The notes under the pieces are model-generated. The model was not told the origin of the DNA, ran no database searches, and saw only the letters and a program-made list of their open reading frames with translations. Below, piece by piece: positions 59,969 to 64,000 of a stretch of 64,000 nt of DNA. Source of the DNA: Carpediemonas membranifera BICM (lineage: Eukaryota > Protista > Fornicata). Positions within the stretch are counted from its first letter, which is position 1, and the number at the start of each line of letters is the position of its first letter. The position numbers were made by a program, and so were the translations under genes. The stretch lies in assembly GCA_019828565.1 (NCBI GenBank), contig JAHDYR010000003.1:310001-374000 (forward strand), in the 5' to 3' direction.

Positions 59969-61417
59969 CTACCTAATGCCCAGACGGCCAATGACAGCGG
60001 GATTCCACGAAATAGCGTCAGACAGCAGGGGCGGGGCCGACTGTTGCTGCGATTGTGCCAGCTCGACTGGGCGAACGGCGTGGCTCGCACCGCCAACAGT
60101 CTTCTCCAGCGCAGACCTCATCTCTGACAGCATCCTGCGAAGCATGGCATCCTGGACCGCAAGCTGTGTGTTCTCCTCTTCCCAAACGGCTGTCTCGTGC
60201 CTGCACTTATCCTGCCGCTCTTTGTAGTTGGACCGCTTCTTGCTCTTTGATGGCTTGACATATCGCTCGATGAGGGGTGGCATCTCCCAACGGTTGACGC
60301 CATACAGCCCCAGGACGGCGATGAAAGCCTCGGCCTGACCCCGAAGAGCCCTGTTCGCGACGTGGGTCCTCAGGTTGTGCTCGCGCCTCAGATCCTTCTC
60401 GCCGTTAAGCGGGCCGGTCACGACGGTTTCATCCACGATTCCTGGGGCGAAGAGCTTGTTCGTGCGCTTGGCAGGGCTGGGTGTCCTGTCGAAACTACGC
60501 CAGATATTCTCCCGCAGCATGTGGACGTTCTCGTTGATGATTTCGATATCAGCCTCAATCCGACCGATCTGGTCCTTCAGCAGACAAAGCTTCACCTTTC
60601 TCTTCTTGTTCCCATGATTGGGGTCAGGTGGCGCCGGGATCTCTCTGCCGCTGATGACCTCGAAGTCCAGCGGATAATCGAAATCACTCGTGGGGTTGAC
60701 CTGAGTCAACCCGACAGTGTAATCGTGCGTACTCAGGGTCTGTTCGATTCGCTGGTAGGCCTCCTGCGTGCCCTTCGCGGCCTCTCTGACCAGCATGGCG
60801 GTTCCTTTGTAGTCCAGAAGCGTCTTGACCGCCTTGGGCTTGGTTCTCGTGAGCTCTTCGCACGTGGCAGCTGGGATGGCGTTGTTGTTGTTTTGCACCT
60901 GGGTGATGTTTGGCGCGTGGGTGACCTCGGGCGGGGCCACGTGTTGGCTGTTGGGGGGCGAGACTACCAGAGGAGCGGCGGTGCCTTGGCGAGCCTGCTC
61001 GGCTGGAACTGAGTGTGGGACAGTCACCGGCGTTAGGTCTGGGAACAAGGTGCCGTCAAAGCCTGATGGACTGTGAAAGTCGGTGTTCAAGGAAGCGAGC
61101 GTGTCAGTGAAGTCGAACTGCTTCGTGGCATCGCGCAGACCCGCCTCGCCAGCTTGACTTGACGGAAGGGGCGGTGCAAAGCTGTATGCGCTTGTGGTGA
61201 TGGCTGATGCTTCATGGGCGAAAGTTGCGTTGGAGTCGGTGGGTTCGAGAGGAAGAGACAGTGGGTATGAAGCGAATTCACGAGGAAGGAATGTATCACT
61301 GCTGCTATTGGTGGAATTCAAGCTGCTTTGTTCCACGGAGGGGTATGTTTCAGCATTATAGCTTTGCAGAGCGAGATCCAGTCCTATGTACTGTTTAAAA
61401 GCGTAGAAAGAGTTCAT
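59969..61417 (-). CDS. Putative transcription factor with two basic-leucine-zipper-like segments, copy 2 (intact)
   Basis: KKRKVK followed by an L-x6-I-x6-I-x6-L heptad; KSKKRSNYKERQDKCR followed by W-x6-L-x6-L-x6-M containing EEENTQL; Ser/Thr/acidic N-terminus. Confidence 0.55.
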   Translation of the reverse strand: MNSFYAFKQYIGLDLALQSYNAETYPSVEQSSLNSTNSSSDTFLPREFASYPLSLPLEPTDSNATFAHEASAITTSAYSFAPPLPSSQAGEAGLRDATKQFDFTDTLASLNTDFHSPSGFDGTLFPDLTPVTVPHSVPAEQARQGTAAPLVVSPPNSQHVAPPEVTHAPNITQVQNNNNAIPAATCEELTRTKPKAVKTLLDYKGTAMLVREAAKGTQEAYQRIEQTLSTHDYTVGLTQVNPTSDFDYPLDFEVISGREIPAPPDPNHGNKKRKVKLCLLKDQIGRIEADIEIINENVHMLRENIWRSFDRTPSPAKRTNKLFAPGIVDETVVTGPLNGEKDLRREHNLRTHVANRALRGQAEAFIAVLGLYGVNRWEMPPLIERYVKPSKSKKRSNYKERQDKCRHETAVWEEENTQLAVQDAMLRRMLSEMRSALEKTVGGASHAVRPVELAQSQQQSAPPLLSDAISWNPAVIGRLGIR

Positions 61418-61480
61418 TTCGCGTTTCAAGGAGCAATGAGGTTGTTTCAACCTACTGGTGGTGTTTTGAAAGCCATCAAC

Positions 61481-61524
61481 TACAACGTGACGATTTGGTC
61501 ATCGTGACCAATTACAACGTGACG
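61481..61524. promoter_or_regulatory. Direct repeat TACAACGTGACG x2 flanking a 7-bp hairpin, upstream of the bZIP-like gene (also at 43941-43984)
   Basis: TACAACGTGACG-AT-TTGGTCA-TCG-TGACCAA-T-TACAACGTGACG, about 65-105 bp upstream of the ATG. Confidence 0.45.
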
Positions 61525-61754
61525 CTCTTGAACTGTCGACGTCGTAAACTGCTCGCGAGATTCTCCGAGATACGATGTCCAGGAGCCATGTATAACATGA
61601 GAATGGCGATCAGTGATGGGGCAGCTCAGACGGTGACCTCCACCGTGTCCAGGTGTCATGCCTCAAACATAGTACGAAGGGCGACCCGACAAGCTCGTGC
61701 TGACCCCACTCACTAATACAGCTGTCACCACCTACCTGTGACATTCTTTACGAA

Positions 61755-63601
61755 TTAGAAGGCAGGACAATTATCCGAGAACGCCGAGTTCCCGTTAACT
61801 GTGATCAGGCCCCGCTGGATGCAGCAAGCACTTGAGGTCACCGCGGCCATGGAGATTGCATACGGCCACTGGTTTCCAAACATCGGGGCGACCTGGTTCC
61901 AGAACGTAGAGTACGAGTTGAGCGTGTTATCAGCGAGACCGTGGGCCTTCTCGTACCTGGGGTTGTAGGGGGCTGAGAGAGAGCATCCCTCGCTGACCCA
62001 AGGCCCTTCCCCCACCAGACCCCTAACGTAGTCAGTCTGGGTGAGCTGGGAAAAGACGGAAGACACTGAAGACACCGCCCTGACCTGACCGGCCGCGTTT
62101 CTCTCACAGGTGACTGTAATGGGTATGTTGAAGAGTGTCAGATGCTCGTAGTCGGTCGCGCAACTCGTGTGGCAGTGGAACCTGTGTAAGAGTTGATTAT
62201 GATAAGATGGGCAACACGGCTTGCTCTCTCCGTAAGATTCTTACGAGAGCAGGGCAGAGGTATACCGTGGTGTGACGGGGTACAAACCATGAGCAGTGGC
62301 GGGAGCAGTGCTGCACATACCCGTTGAGGTCGAACCCGTGGTTCTGGTTGAGGCCCAGGCTCACTGTCCCGAGCTGCCTGGCCACGGCGGGGTAGTCCCT
62401 GCCGTTGTAGTGGAAGTCGACGTTGCTGTAGAGGCCGCCGGAGACGGACTGGCCGCCCTGCCACCAGGCAGCGTGGGCGGCGTCGGCGGCAGCCTTCTCC
62501 TGCTGGCGCTGGGCGATGGCGGCGTTCATGTGGTTCGTGATCGCCTGATCCATGAGCTGGCGCTTGTGGGCGTCCGGGATGTAATTGGAGATGCGGCGGA
62601 CGTTGTAGGAAACGAGAACTGGATTGGCTTCGAAGGTCGCCTTGCGCTGGGCCCAGTTGGAGATCTCCGGGTTGCCGCCGAGGATGTCGCTGGTGCCAAG
62701 GCGGCGGTAGTTGACGTAGGTCTGGTCGGGCTTCTTGCTGGACTCGCCGGCCTTGCCCGCGAGCTCGTTGTTGAGCTCCTGCATGAGCTTGTTGTTGTCC
62801 ATGGCAGACCAGATGCACGAGCGGATCAGCGTCTGCTGCTCCATGAGGCCGCCAAAGTCAGCATGGACGATGGTGTGGGTTCCCCAGTACTGTGTGAGCA
62901 TGGATGGTGGCTGTGACAAACCTGGATGAAGAGGTCATAAGTGCTATCGAGAGTTGAGCCAAGAGCATCAATGGCAGACTGGAAGTAGGGGTCGAGCTCG
63001 CCGCTGGTGGCTTCAAGAGAGTAGGAAACGACGCTGGCGTGGGATACGGCGAGAGTTACGAGGCCTAAGTAAAAAAAGATTGTCTCAAAAACGAACCGTT
63101 GAAGTACTTGTCGTAAATGGCCTTCATGTTGGTGCTGTGGGACATCATGCCGCCCACGATACTGGCGGAGTCGACTTGTGGGTTGGCCTGGTTCCACGAG
63201 AGCGATTGGTAGTAATTGTCGTAGTTCTGATAAGTCCAAGACTGGAACGACTCGGCGTTCTTGACAGTGAGGTGGGCCTGATTAGGCACGTACTGGCCGC
63301 TGTATACTTGGCTGGAGGCTGTCATGGCGAGGGCGGGGAGGCCCACGGCGCCCGTGGTGTAATCAAGCGCAATACCAACGCGGCCAGAGAGCAGAGCGTC
63401 GCCGTTAGATGAAAAGAGCTGTGAATGGTCGTCACCGCTGAACTTCTGCTGTACCTTGTGAAGGCAAACGGACTGCATGTTTCCAGCGTACTTCTCGCAA
63501 TAGCGGACAGCGGCGGCGGCGGCTGCCTTGTTAATCGCAGCCTCGTCTGCATTGACGAGAACCAGAACGCATATCAGCAGGAGCAGCACGATGATGCGCA
63601 T
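61755..63601 (-). CDS. Secreted MACPF (perforin-like) protein, 4 exons (63601-63097, 63064-62922, 62889-62288, 62181-61755)
   Basis: Signal peptide MRIIVLLLLICVLVLVNA; MACPF signature YWGTHTIVHADFGG after splicing; W......NP.....V..IS; all three introns restore the frame. Confidence 0.85.
62182..62287 (-). other. Spliceosomal intron, 106 nt, with internal stem-loop
   Basis: GTTTGT...CTTACACAG; splicing yields HCSRHCSW|FHCHTSC, in frame with the last exon. Confidence 0.75.
62890..62921 (-). other. Spliceosomal intron, 32 nt
   Basis: GTTTGT...GCTCACACAG; joins LFIQ|YWGTH. Confidence 0.9.
63065..63096 (-). other. Spliceosomal intron, 32 nt
   Basis: GTTCGT...TTTACTTAG; joins KYFN|GLVTL. Confidence 0.88.
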
Positions 63602-64000
63602 TGCTAAGCGTTGTCGAATGAGTGGTGGTCTTCTCAGTAAGTCATCTCAGAAATCACTTTGTACACTGCTGGTTACCCCCCGCGACGGCCGTATGCAGGG
63701 CCACTGGGGCGAGCTTCTGGGTGTCCAGCCGGCGATGGGGGGAGAGCCCGGCCATGGGTCACGATCAGGCCAGGAAAAGGGAAGAAGTCACGTGAAAACC
63801 TCACCCAGTGCTCCCGATTGCATGTGCTCATCCCCAATGGGAGTGCCGCATGACCGTAGGGAACACCCAACCCCACCAACCGACAAACTTAATGATGTTT
63901 AACCCGCATCCCGGCCACGTTACTGGTTCTGCGTCCGCTGGCCGCTATGCTTGCGATTGTACGCATTCTGGAACATCACGAACCCCCAGGTGAGTGAGAC

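Larger units (their letters stand above)
59944..61620. repeat. Direct duplication, copy 2
   Basis: Matches 42405-44080. Confidence 0.95.

Noticed and set aside
1-64000. CRISPR arrays, rRNA, tRNA, telomeric repeats
   Set aside because: None was seen: there are no regularly spaced repeat-spacer arrays or recognisable rRNA/tRNA motifs.

Overview
Gene-dense eukaryotic DNA in the standard genetic code, with tiny GT-AG introns (28-32 nt) whose branch-point-like motif abuts the 3' splice site. The intron style and an anaerobe-type hybrid-cluster protein suggest a fornicate metamonad, such as a Carpediemonas-like protist (inference). Housekeeping genes include an AGC kinase tail, POP1, La, Maf, a TPR protein, ERCC1-like, NOXRED1-like, EED-like, PRELI-like, PDS5 and ASH2L-like. 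These are interleaved with dynamic accessory DNA: (i) two inverted, degenerate copies of a Fanzor/TnpB-like RuvC nuclease element, one with a hairpin-rich 3' flank that is a candidate omega-RNA; (ii) a 2.58-kb inverted duplication carrying two hcp genes plus a second 0.67-kb inverted duplication, which together shuffle an F-box-like/RCC1-repeat gene family (5 members in the window); (iii) a 5,175-aa surface protein with 12 FG-GAP propeller/Cys-rich modules; (iv) a frameshifted WD40-kinase-HECT-like-RBR-like fusion gene; (v) a 1.68-kb direct duplication of a double-bZIP-like gene; (vi) a 4-exon MACPF protein with one long, hairpin-containing intron; and (vii) an unannotated, G-U-rich structured intergenic RNA candidate with RNase P/MRP-like topology. 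All family assignments come from motif recognition by eye; no database searches were run.
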